From: Epiperipatus broadwayi
Lineage: Eukaryota > Animalia > Onychophora
Assembly (NCBI GenBank): GCA_028023455.1
Contig: JAQFVV010000007.1
Span: forward strand, 8,432,001-8,496,000
DNA length: 64,000 nt
Direction of reading: 5' to 3'
The notes below the pieces were generated by a model that did not search any database, was not told the DNA's origin, and saw only the letters and a program-made list of their open reading frames with translations. Positions 52,632 through 64,000 of the stretch are shown piece by piece. The position numbers and the translations under genes are program-made. Numbering within the stretch: position 1 is the first letter of the stretch; every line of letters starts with the position of its first letter.

Positions 52632-55120
52632 ATGAGTAAAAGTAATATGGAATCAAAAACTAAGAAAAAACTATCCGGTGCACAAAATCGTAAACGCCAA
52701 GCTGAAAAAATAGCAAACATTAAAAAACAAAGTGGATCACTTAATAAATATCTTAAAATATCAACTGCTTCTGAAATAGCTTATACTCAACAAGAACCAG
52801 AACCGTGCACATCATCTAGTTCACAGGGAACTGTTGAAAATATTGAACAAGATTTTAGTAAGAAACAGTTAAGTGACAACAAAGTCATTGTGCCAATATC
52901 ATATCAAATGTGTACAAATTTAGAAGATCCAGCTGAATGGAATAAAATCGATGACAAACTACGTGTTATTTTAGTAGAAATGGGGCCTGTTCAAAAGAAA
53001 GATATTATATATCCGAACGATGTACATGGCCGTAAATTTTCTGATGTATATTATAATAGAAAAATGGAAAACGGAGAAGTAGTTTTTCGAAAATGGCTTA
53101 TTTATTCCAAATTTTGAACTCTGTGTTTTGCTTTTGTTGCAAAGTTTTTGGATCTACTGAATCTAGCCTCATAGAAGGATACAATAATTGGAGAAATTTA
53201 AGTACAACTTTACACAGACATGAAACTAGTATGGCTCACATGAAAAGTTTATTGAATTGGAATGAACTTGAGAAAAGATTAAAAAACAAAATTACTATTG
53301 ATTGTCAATCTCAAAATTTATATGAAATGGAAAAGAAACATTGGAGGAGTGTTTTGGAACGGCTGATTGAAATTATCAAATTCCTTGGTAGTCAAAATTT
53401 AGCATTTCGCGGATCATCTGATAAATTATACGAAAAAAATAACGGAAATTTTTTAAAATTAATTGAATTATTTGCGAAGTTTGATCCCGTTATGGAAAAT
53501 CATGTTGAGAGGGCCCTAGATCAAAACAATAGAGTACATTATTTGAGCAAAGATAGCCAAAATGAATTATTGGAAATTTTAAGTACAGCAATTAGGGAAA
53601 CAATTTTATTATCGACAAAGAAATCCAAATATTATTCTATTATTTTAGATTGTACACCAGATGCAAGTAAAACTGAACAAATGACCATAATTATTCGCTT
53701 CGTTTTTTGTAATAATGGAACGGTTAAAATTAGAGAAAACTTTTTAGGTTTCATAGATATAACAGATTCCACTGGACGAGGTTTATGTACAACAATAATT
53801 GAACAACTGGAAAAATGGAAGATTCCCATTGAAGACATGCGTGGTCAAGGGTATGATAATGGGGCCAACATGAAAGGCAAAAAGGCTGGACTTCAAAATT
53901 TGATTTTAACCAAAAACCCTCGTGCATTTTACGTACCATGTGCTGCTCATTCTTTAAACTTAATCATAAACGATGCCGCCAAAGTCAATGTAGATACAAT
54001 TGGTTTTTTTGCAATTGTTCAAAAAATATACAATTTTTTTTCATCATCTTATAAACGGTGGTCAATCCTTTTAAAATTTATTAAAACTTTAACTCTAAAA
54101 CAACCATCAGAAACACGATGGGAAAGCAGAATTGATGCAATCCGGCCTCTACGGTATCAGTTGGGTGAAATTTATGATGCACTCTATGAAATAATGAACA
54201 ACGAATCTTTTAATAGAGAAATTCAACATGAAGCTCAATCACTCTGCACTAACCTTAAGGATTACAAATTTATTTGTTCTTTAATAATTTGGCATGATAT
54301 ATTAAATAGAATAAATCCTGTCAGTAAAATGCTCCAAAATGTAAATATGAATGCTTCACTTGCTTTAGAATCGATCGCAAATCTAAATAAATTTTTACGA
54401 GAATATCGATCAGATTCAAATTTCAAAAACATTCTCAAAATTGCAGATGAACTTAGCGAAGAGGTTGATGGAGAGAAAGAATTTAAAACTGCCAAAGAAG
54501 TTCGACAACGGAAAAAACTCATCAATTTGATTACGAGCATCAGGACGAAACACCTCAAATACCTGAAGAAAAATTTAAAATAAACATGTTTTTTACACTT
54601 TTAGATGTAGCGATTAATTCTTTAACAGAACGCTTTGAACTCCTCAAGCATGTTATAATAATTTCAATTTTCTATATAAAATATCAGAAATTAATAAGAG
54701 CGAGTTACAAGCAAAATGCAAAGATTTAGAAAATATTTTGAAATTTGATAACAGTAAAGATATTAATGCTACAGATTTATTCGACGAATTATGTGCTTTT
54801 CGAGATATTTTTCAAAAGGATTTTTAAATTCTCAAAACCCTTTCGAAACACTTAATTTTATAGTTTCTAATAATTTATCTATGCCAAACTTATCAATAGC
54901 TTTAAGAATATTATTAACATTACCTGTTAGTGTTGCAAGCGGTGAACGCTCTTTTTCTAAGTTAAAATTAATTAAAACTTACTTGAGAACAACTATGTCA
55001 CAAAAACGGCTTGTTAATTTGGCATTAATTGCTATTGAAAATGATATTTGTGCAGAACTGGAAATAAATACAATCATATCAAGGTTTATTAATATGAAGT
55101 CAAGGAGTATAAAATTATAA
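52632..55120 (+). pseudogene. hAT transposase (TTF-type zinc finger, DUF4371-like region, DDE core, hAT dimerisation domain), split by four frameshifts
   Basis: WLIYS..NSVFCFCCKVF, LAFRGS, YYSIILDCTPD, RGQGYDNGANM, YVPCAAHSLNL, SETRWESR, TLPVSVASGERSFSKLKLIKTYLRTTM. Adding one base at ~53110, ~54515, ~54655 and ~54810 gives a continuous frame of ~830 aa. Confidence 0.95.
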
Positions 55121-55263
55121 CATGTTTTGTAATGCATTTACTTTTTTTAACTGTATTTTCTTTTTTTTTAATATTAAAAATTATTTATTTACATTGCCTT
55201 GTTTGTTTCCCTTAGAAAGATTTTGTACACTAATATTTATAACATGTAGGTGGTAATATACAT

Positions 55264-55943
55264 TAAAGTGACCAGATTTTAACATTGGTAAAACGGGACC
55301 CCCCCCCCCCCCCCCTGATTAAAAATTTGGTTTATATGGAGCGTTTTAAACGCTCCATATATAAACGCTGCGTTTATATAGATATAGCGTACATTAATAA
55401 TAATAAATTAAATATGTATGTTTGTAATATTATCTTTTTTTAAAATTATTTCATTTATAAATTGTAAATTTATTATTAAATTTGCTAATATTTGCATAAA
55501 TTTAGAGGTTAGAAAAATTAGCAAAAATTTTAAAAATAATGGGTTTGTTAAAAACAGACAGTGACGCAAATAATAAATATGAAATTTTAAAAAAAAATAT
55601 TTGAGATTAAAATATGTAAATGTTTTTCGAAAATTATTTTAAACATTTAAATATTTTAATCTCAAACATTATTTTTTTTTAATTTATTATATATATATAT
55701 TTGAATCACTCTGTCTATTTTTAACAAACACATTATTTTTAAAATTTCTGCAAATTTTTCTAACATCTAAATTTGCCGTGTTAAATTATATATTATTTCA
55801 TACAAACCGTTTGTATGAAATAATATATAATTTAACAATCAATTTTATGCTATTTTTGATATCAAAAATAGCATTACATCGTGCATTCTTTCTAAAAATC
55901 ATGACTTTTTTAAAACGCCACGGGACACGGTCGGGTCACCTTA
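55264..55943. mobile_element. Nested MITE (MER96-like hAT ends) inside the 3' subterminal region of the hAT
   Basis: Ends taaagtgacc...cgggac / cgggac...ggtcacctta; 8-bp flanks atatacat and gtaaacat match at 6/8; internal hairpins and a long fold-back. Confidence 0.55.
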
Positions 55944-58420
55944 GTAAACATACATATTGACAGGGGCACCAAAATCAAATTTGCATGCGGGCGCCTAGTA
56001 CCCAGCGCCGGCCCTGCTACCATATTTTCCAGAATTTCATAATACCCTGAATCTATACTAAGATATTCCAAAATTTTAATTGTAGCAAAAACTAGTACAG
56101 AACCAAGAACCACTTTATCATCTACAAATCCAATGCAAGATGGCGGTTCATAATCACTGTTCATTTCCTTTAATCCTGGCAATAAGTTTTGCTATATTAT
56201 CACACCAATTAAACTCACCTCTTCTTTAATTAGTTTAAATAATATATTCTTTTATATGCTCTTCAGAACTACTAGGTCTGTAACTATAGAAAAAGAAATT
56301 ACTTTTATTGTTTTAAGTCACAAATTCATTTCCTAAGTATCCTTCGCCAAATTAAGTACAGATTTAAATAACAAAAATTTGTACTAAAAATCCTATTGTA
56401 TCAATATGTAAATCACTTATATTTTTGGTGGACATAATGAGATTAGAAATATTTTTATTAGACTTAATATAAAATTATCAAAGAATTTTAAAAATATATT
56501 TATAAAATATCAAGAAAATAAAAAAGTATTATAGTTTTGTTGCAATATTTAATCACCAATAACAGAGTCAGATATACTTTATTTATGCTCCTCAATCCAC
56601 TCCAATAGTGAATATATATATATATAAAGGAAATGTTAATAGATATATTTATATTAGTACAAGAACAATATTTACATTATTAAAATTAACCCTTAACAAG
56701 CGGTTTCAAATGCCATTGCTTTAATAAAAAAAATAATTTTCTGTTCATCAAAATAAATAGATAATCAAAGAGCTTTATTGCTAGACAGTTCATAAAAAGT
56801 TCAAGCAGCCAGAAGAAAAGGAATCGGAAATAATCCGAGGATCTTAATGAGAATCTGTCACTTTACCATTGAACTCAATAACGTAAGTTTATTATTTATC
56901 ATTTAAGATGGAACATGAAATAATATTTTATTAAATAGTTTTAACAAATAAATTCCCTACATAATTTGTTCAGTTTTAAGAAAAATTTTCCTAAGAGCTA
57001 AAAATTTCTAGATTAATTCCCAAATGAGAAAAGTGTAGGAGGTAAAAAAAAAAAACTCTTGGGAGCTAATTGAAAAAAATAAAATCTCCTCTGCCTCTTA
57101 TATCAAAGCTTGAGTGTGTATTGGAGCAGCCTAATTTAATATATATATATATTAGGGCGAAATACAGTGCTGACATTTATTTTAAAAAATTATAATAATT
57201 GCAATTATAATGAGTCTATAATTACCTGAATATGCCCATAAAAAAGTTTTTTCTTCGTCTTATTATTATTAAACACACACAAAAAATGTAATTTTTAATA
57301 TAAGATTCCATTTCATTTTTTTCTTCTCTCAATTTACGTACACTTAGATATTTGGTAATATAAAAAAAAGCAAAAATATTAATCATATTGATGTACTTGG
57401 TTTTGATTTTTTCAATGTATATTCACCTTTAGCTCCAACCTATTCCAATCATCCATCAGCCCAGAAGTCAGACCAACCTCCCATATTCCACATACATTAA
57501 GAAGATACATTTATTCAAATAAGGCATAAAACACTTGTTACAATTTAACAATGCACATTATTTTTAAATATTTAAACTTCATATATATAACTAGATTTTT
57601 TTTAAAATTTCTATTCCATCACACATTACTAAAAGATACGATTCAAGACATGTGAAATAGACAAATAACCTCCAAGATGTGCGTTTTGTACCGAATCAGC
57701 ATTCATCAATTGGCTCAGATGTCAATCTCTTATATATATATATATATATATATATATCAATCATCATATAATCAGTATATATATAGATAGCAAATTTCTA
57801 TACTTTAATTGACAGGCTCCAAATTTTCTGTACTCATAAATTACATGCAAACCATTTAATGAAAATATATTAATAACTTTTACTAATCATTTATTAAGCT
57901 AAACCTTATCCCTAGCCTAACTATATATTTAAAATCTTACTTAATAATCTAATACATCTGCATGTATTTTTATATTGGACTATTTCCATCATCTAATATA
58001 TGTAACGAATGTCTTTAGAAAAATTTAACTTTATTTAAATATTCCAAATACATTCAACTATTAGTAATAGCACATCAACCAGGTTAGTATTTGCACATCT
58101 TTGTATTAACAACAATTTTTACTATGAAATTAAATAGTAACAAAGATAAAATTTTACAGAGTACTATCCCTCAGAATTTATCAGTGATCTTCCAGAAAAG
58201 CAATCCAGAAAATTAATATATAATGCCAACTTTACATTGAACTGATTTGAAAAGTTGAAAATATGTTTCAAAGATGTAGTTTTTAGACTTACTTCCAAGA
58301 ATAGAAATATTAACATGAAGAGACTAAAATATATTCCTACCACATGCAATCAATACTAGCCAAAGTTTTTTTCATGACCTAAAATAATTGTTATTAATAA
58401 TACAGATATTGTAAGCATAC

Positions 58421-58466
58421 TTTCTGTAGCCTGAGCATATTCTACTGCTGAATTCTGTGACTCTGG
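58421..58466 (-). CDS. Candidate second coding exon of the minus-strand host gene
   Basis: tttttttctag acceptor, PESQNSAVEYAQATE, gtatgc donor; phase 0 start fits MATVEL. Confidence 0.45.
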
Positions 58467-59204
58467 CTAGAAAAAAATGTTCATACTAAATTTATGTTCA
58501 TCCTAGATTTACACTATGAGAAAAATTAATGGAGCACATCAAGAAACTTTATAGCAGTGTCTTCTAATCCCTTTACACATTTCCCCACTAGTTACCAAAA
58601 GGCAATTTTCCTCATGGTGCATATATAAAAAGGTATTTGGATAGATCAACTTACCATTATTTCAGAGTCTAGCTTTATTACCTAATTCAATATCGCTATT
58701 TTAATATTCATCTTCTCATACAACTGAAACATTTGGTCATGAAAATATACTTCTACAAGGGTGCAAATAATTCCTTCTCCCTAGATCCAAAAATAAAGAT
58801 ACCTGGATTTTATCTTCTTAAACATTACTGGACTTTCACCAACAGGCTTAGAACTATCCATGGTCACTATGCTTATCTTCTTAAAAATACAGTTTAACAG
58901 CTTCTGATGATGAATTTAATAGTTAATGATTGTCTGATGTGTCAAGATAACTGAATGACTTAATAAAGCCATTAGTGAATATGTCTCCTAGATAGACCTT
59001 TTAATGTTCAAAAACATTACAAAACAATCTGTATGGATTTCAGTTAGGAAGTAAATTCATGAATAATTTTATTGGTTACTGTTTTAAACACTACTGACAT
59101 GCTGATTAAACCTATAATTAAAAGTATTATTAATTTTAAAATGATTATATATTCATTATCAACCAATAAATTGAATGATTTATTGCATGAGAGTTCAGGA
59201 GAAG

Positions 59205-59722
59205 TTTGAGCACAGAAAGTAACAGAGTTGGACCTAGATTGATGAGCCTTGAGTTCCAGAGTCTGACACGCTACCACTGCAGCAAAGCATTCTGGGAACT
59301 CAGTAATTTCAAGCATCAGAAGTGACAGAATTAGGTTGTGATCCATGATCCTTGAGCTCCAGTGTCTGTCACTCTAACACTGCAGCAAAGCATGCTGGGA
59401 ATTCAGTAAGTTCAAGCATCAAAAGTGACAGGGCTGAGCTGTGTTCCATGAACCTTGAGCTCCAGAATCTTCCACTGCAGCAAAGCAAGCTTGGAACACA
59501 GAAAGGGCAAAGTAATTGACTGGTTTATTATTCAAGAGTTCACAGGAAGTTCAAGCATCAGAAGTGACAGAGCTGGGCTGCGATCCATGGACCTTGAGCT
59601 CCAGACTCTGCCACTGCAGCAAAGAGCATACTAATCGACTGGTTTGTTATTCAAGAGTTCACAGGAAGTTCACGCATCAGAAGTGACAAGGCTGAGCTCT
59701 AATTCATGGACCTTAAGCTCTA
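59205..59722 (-). repeat. Tandem array of five tRNA-like units (103-139 bp period)
   Basis: cagaagtgacag recurs at ~59213, 59317, 59420, 59559 and 59678. Minus strand has D-arm/A-box-like tgctgcagtggtagag, an aggtc variable loop and B-box-like ggatcgcagccc. Confidence 0.75.
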
Positions 59723-60412
59723 AAAACCAAAAACACACAGGGCAATAACCAACCAACATGCATTAAGTTTAAGTGAGTTTATAAATTAAAATGCTTTGCT
59801 AATAAAAATATTCCATCATATGAGTCACCTGATGTCTAAAATGATGTTCAAACACCAAAATGGTCAGCAGAATCCAATGGTTTGATCAAATCACTACCCT
59901 GAATTATTTTCTTTAAGATGGCAATTAATGAAAACTTGTTTGAGGCTTTGAAAATGCTAATACCTATTAACTGTACACTTAAATGGGTAAAAAAATGATT
60001 ATATAATTAAATAATTAAAAAATAAAACACTAAAAAAGAGTCCAATAGAGAGCACTTCCAACATTGATTACTAGCAGAGTAATAAAAAAAGAATACAATT
60101 CTCACCAGATTAGTCAAGTACTGTTTGTTAACTACTATTGCAGTTTCTCATGTTTATTTTTATCTTTTAATAATTAAATACCCATTTAACAACTAATAGC
60201 TGCATAGTTATTGTCCATGGGTATTTTTGCAGTTTTTCAGGCTTACTTCTAGACAACAATAGTTAAATACACATTTACCAACCATACGAACAGCGAACTA
60301 AATAAACAGCTTATTTTAAAATTTTCAGCTCTGTGTAAAAAATTAACACTCCATCAGAGTTTGAATCTCATAAGCATCAATATTTAAACAATAATAATAA
60401 TAATAATCTTGT

Positions 60413-61690
60413 GTCAATCAATAAAACAACTTTTACATATGTAAATCTACAACTATGGATTGCCCATGTAAACACAGTAATCTAAGCTACATAAAACTTT
60501 TGTAACTCTCTAAGGCAAATAAAGCTTATCATTGAAATATCATCATCATCTCATCATCATCATCATCATCATCATAACAACAACAATAATAATCTTGTAT
60601 AAATCAATAAAACAACTTTTACATATGTAAACCTATAACTACAGATTTTCCATTTAACCACAGCAATCCAAACTATGTAAAACCCTTGTAATAATCCACA
60701 GCATATAAAAATTACTACAATCTCATGTAAATAAATAAATCAACTTGTATATACATAAACCTATGACTATGGATTGACCATGCAGCTACAGCAATCAAAG
60801 CCTTGTAAAATCCTTGTAATTAATCCACAGTATAAAAAAATTCTTGTAATCTCATGTAAGTAAATCAATAAATCAACTTTTACATATGTAAACCTACATC
60901 TGTGGATTGCTCATGTAACCACAGCAATCCAAGCTATGTAAAACCCTTATAACTAATCTGCAGTATGTAAAAATTCCTGCAATCCTGTGTAAACAATAAA
61001 TCAACTTTTATATATGTAAGCCTACAACTATGGATTGCCCATGTAAACACAGCAATCTGAGCTATGTAAACTCTTGTATTTGTCTAAGACAAATAAAGCT
61101 TATCATTGAAACATCATTACCATCATATCATCATCATCACAACAACAACAACAACAATAATAATAAAAATAATAATGATAATCTTATGTAAATCAATAAA
61201 ACAACTTTTACATATATAAACCTATAACTACAGATTTCCCATGTAACCAGAGCAATCCAAGCTATGTAAAAAAATACTTGTAACTAATCCACAGCATATA
61301 AAAATTCCTGTAATCTCATGTAAAGAAATAAATCAATTTGTATATACATAAACCTACAACTACAGATTGACCATGTAACCACAGCAATCCAAGCCTCGTA
61401 AAATACTTGTAATTAATCCACAACATGAAAAAATTATTAGAATCTTATATAAATCAACTTTTACATATGTAAAACTACATCTATTGATTGCTCATGTAAC
61501 CAAAGCAATCCAAGCCATGTAAAACCTTTGTAACTAATCCACAGTATGTAAAAATTCCTGCACTCCTATGTAAACCAATAAATCAATTTTTATATATCTA
61601 AACCAACAACTATGGATTGCCCAAGTAACTTTCTAAGGCAAATAAAGCTTATCATTGAAATATCATCATCATAACAACAACAGTAATAAT
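60413..61690 (+). repeat. Higher-order tandem repeat (about 130-bp monomers in about 570-bp units)
   Basis: Nine monomers starting caactttt/caattt-acatat; aaataaagcttatcattgaaa plus microsatellite recurs at ~60520, ~61095 and ~61645. Confidence 0.9.
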
Positions 61691-61759
61691 ATCACTAATA
61701 ATGTAATGCTAACAATGAAAATTCCTCTCCCCTTTTGTTGTTATGAAGGTTGACTGTAT

Positions 61760-62560
61760 ATAAGTTTTTAAAACGAAAATAATCGTTATAAAGCCCTGTG
61801 CAGTTTAATGCAGCGATAGAATATCGGATTTTGGTACTTCCGGAGCACAAACTTCTTACGAGTTCCACAGTAGCCATTCGATAATTTTTTTATTAATATG
61901 CTTTTTACATATAAATCTTATTGAAATTAACTTTATACGTAATTTAAAAGTTTATTTTAAAACAACTAAAAAAGAACCCGATAAAACCTTTTATAATTAA
62001 AATTGTAAAATTACAGTAAACTTTAAGAGTTACGTCTACACTAATTTCTCTGAAAGAGTTTAAGCAAACGCATCCGAAATGTATAAAAACAGCCTATTAA
62101 TTATATTAAAACAAAGTGTGTTCATTATTCAGGAACCATTTAAAATCGGACACCATGAAGATGAAATGAGCACAGAAATTCATTCAGTTAAGCAAATTAA
62201 AAAATTTCCATTATCTCACTTGGGATCGATCCAGAAATCTCAAAAACGTGAGGGCGCCTAACACCTCTAAGTTAAACTGTTCACGAAGTAGTTTTGACAT
62301 CAGCTGAGTATATAATGCTAAAGTTGGATTAGTTTGGTTAGGTAAAGAATACATTATATTCGATTTAATAAAAACTGAGTAAAGCTAATATTGTTTACAT
62401 TTACCATCTTATAGAAAGTTTAATCGAGGATTATCGCCATTATTTCAGACAAAGCATTCCTATTAATCTGACTACAAAAAAGCTGAAACATATATAAATA
62501 TACAGACATTATATATAAAAGTAAACAGATAAAATGTTCGATCTTATTTTTTATTTATAA
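61760..62560. promoter_or_regulatory. CpG-retaining island, probable promoter
   Basis: About 20 CpGs in 0.8 kb against a CpG-depleted background; overlaps the candidate first exon. Confidence 0.5.
61860..61877 (-). CDS. Candidate first coding exon (MATVEL) of a minus-strand host gene
   Basis: atcgaATGGCT context, gtaaga donor after six codons, inside a CpG-retaining island; CCGGAAGT (ETS-type) motif nearby. Confidence 0.45.
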
Positions 62561-62830
62561 TATTAGATAAATTATTTTGCTTACAGATGACTTTTGAAAT
62601 GAAATGTTTTTAAAAAACTGTCATTTCAATTACATTTTTTTTTTTAATATTTCCATCATCTTTTGATCTTCAAAATATTTCTCAGAGCTGGAAGTTTTCT
62701 TTTCATTGACTTTATTACAAGAAAATTTTACTTTGACGTGACCAACATCTTTCAAACAATTAAATATTATATTTCCTATATCTATTAATAACAAAAACCA
62801 ACCAACATTGTAAAAATAATATCAGAAACT

Positions 62831-62846
62831 ATCAGTAGATGGCACC
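62831..62846 (+). promoter_or_regulatory. CTCF-like motif
   Basis: atCAGTAGATGGCACc matches the CCASYAGRKGGCRS consensus core; motif match only. Confidence 0.35.
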
Positions 62847-64000
62847 AAAGTCTGCACTATTAAAACACTAGAATGATTGATGTCGGATAATTAAGTTTAC
62901 AATTATTGCTATTCCATTTTAATTGGAAGTCATTTGAAAATAAAATTAATCAAAAAATAATAAGTAATTTTTCATAACATATATTAATTTTATCTTTATG
63001 GCATTTTTATGATGATATCCTTTAATGTTTCCTATAAATTTGTGATATAATTTGCAAATAAAATCATGCACGATATTAGGAAATTATAATTCCCTAAATG
63101 AGCCTATTTACAAATCATAAACTGGTTAAATGCTATACAAAAGAATTAATTTAAATTACTTGCTATCCCAACAGAAAATTAGTTTTCTTTAGGGATCAAG
63201 TAATTTATATATATATTAGTTTTTATTCAGTTAGAAAGAATAACGAAAATGATGCAAATTATTAAAAATATATAAATATAACAAATAGTATATACAAATT
63301 ATAGGCTAAATATGACTTATTCATCTCATGTGAACTGCATCCTCCGAATTCATGCTATCAATTTAAATCTGAAATGAAATAAAATTAATTCTTCCTATTA
63401 TTGGGGACCTCAAAAAAGTTAGGTTCTGAAATAAACAATCTTTTGGGTAGGTAATCACAGTTCGAGATATACTTATGCACAAGCAGATAGACCCATACCA
63501 TAAATAAACGTTTGGCTATTTGTTCAATAGATCATATATATTCAAAAAAATAAAATAGCTATCCTCAGTCTGCTTACTTTAATGCTCCAGCAACTTAGAA
63601 ATTTCTGCAAAATCAACCACAAATGATTTATTTCAGTGTGTAACATTTTGGAACGCTCAATAAAAAGATTTACTAAGAAGCTGAATGAAAAAAAAAATAT
63701 ATGGATATCTTAAAAAGATTTACCAGGCTGCAATTGAATCATAATTTTAGATAATATCAGAGTGAATAATTATTATCAATTCACAGAATAATTCCTGGGC
63801 TGATATGAATATAAACACTATTAAACTATCAGAGCAACTGTAAAAAAAATTTTCAGACAGAACAATAAGCTATCTTGTATATTTAAAAACCTATTGTTCA
63901 TCAGTAGTGATGTGATGAGATTTCCAACTACTGGTATCTGTAAAAATCAGTAGTAATCATAGATAAGGTTTCTGAGGTATGTTTGAAACCTGTACATAAG

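Larger units (their letters stand above)
51423..56016 (+). mobile_element. Full-length hAT DNA transposon, Tip100/ZMYM1-like group
   Basis: Perfect 11-bp TIR CAGGGCCGGCG/CGCCGGCCCTG; perfect 8-bp TSD CTACCATA at 51415-51422 and 56017-56024; subterminal gcatgcgggcgc at both ends. Confidence 0.97.

Noticed and set aside
55910-56182. 90-aa minus-strand ORF as a single protein
   Set aside because: Chimeric: its last third is read from the hAT terminus.
56191-56217. Apparent 27-nt intron (GTGAGT...TAG, minus strand)
   Set aside because: Too short for a typical animal spliceosomal intron, and the upstream piece needs a frameshift; could be decayed coding sequence.

Overview
This is very AT-rich, repeat-dense animal (probably invertebrate) nuclear DNA, not prokaryotic; there is no CRISPR array, rRNA or intact tRNA gene. 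Nearly all ORF-track entries are chance ORFs or broken pieces of transposable elements. The best-supported elements are: (1) a full-length hAT (Tip100/ZMYM1-like) transposon at 51423-56016 with 11-bp TIRs, a perfect 8-bp TSD and a nested MITE, whose transposase is broken only by four single-base deletions; (2) a decayed full-length RTE LINE at ~28640-31515 plus several RTE 3' fragments; (3) two Penelope-like (RT/GIY-YIG) fragments and many fold-back elements carrying minimal hammerhead-ribozyme motifs; (4) a 185-bp hAT MITE with perfect TSD, nested in a mariner relic, that closely matches the horizontally transferred SPIN/URR1 consensus as I recall it; (5) a 264+ codon Gypsy-type gag ORF running off the left edge, missed by the ORF track; (6) tRNA-derived SINE/pseudogene copies, a tandem tRNA-like array and a higher-order satellite. 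Old repeats show strong CpG decay, while a few islands keep their CpGs. Scattered small exons suggest a minus-strand host gene starting near 61877 (MATVEL...) and possibly a plus-strand gene. I cannot identify their products, and those models are low confidence. Family assignments come from remembered motifs and were not searched against databases.
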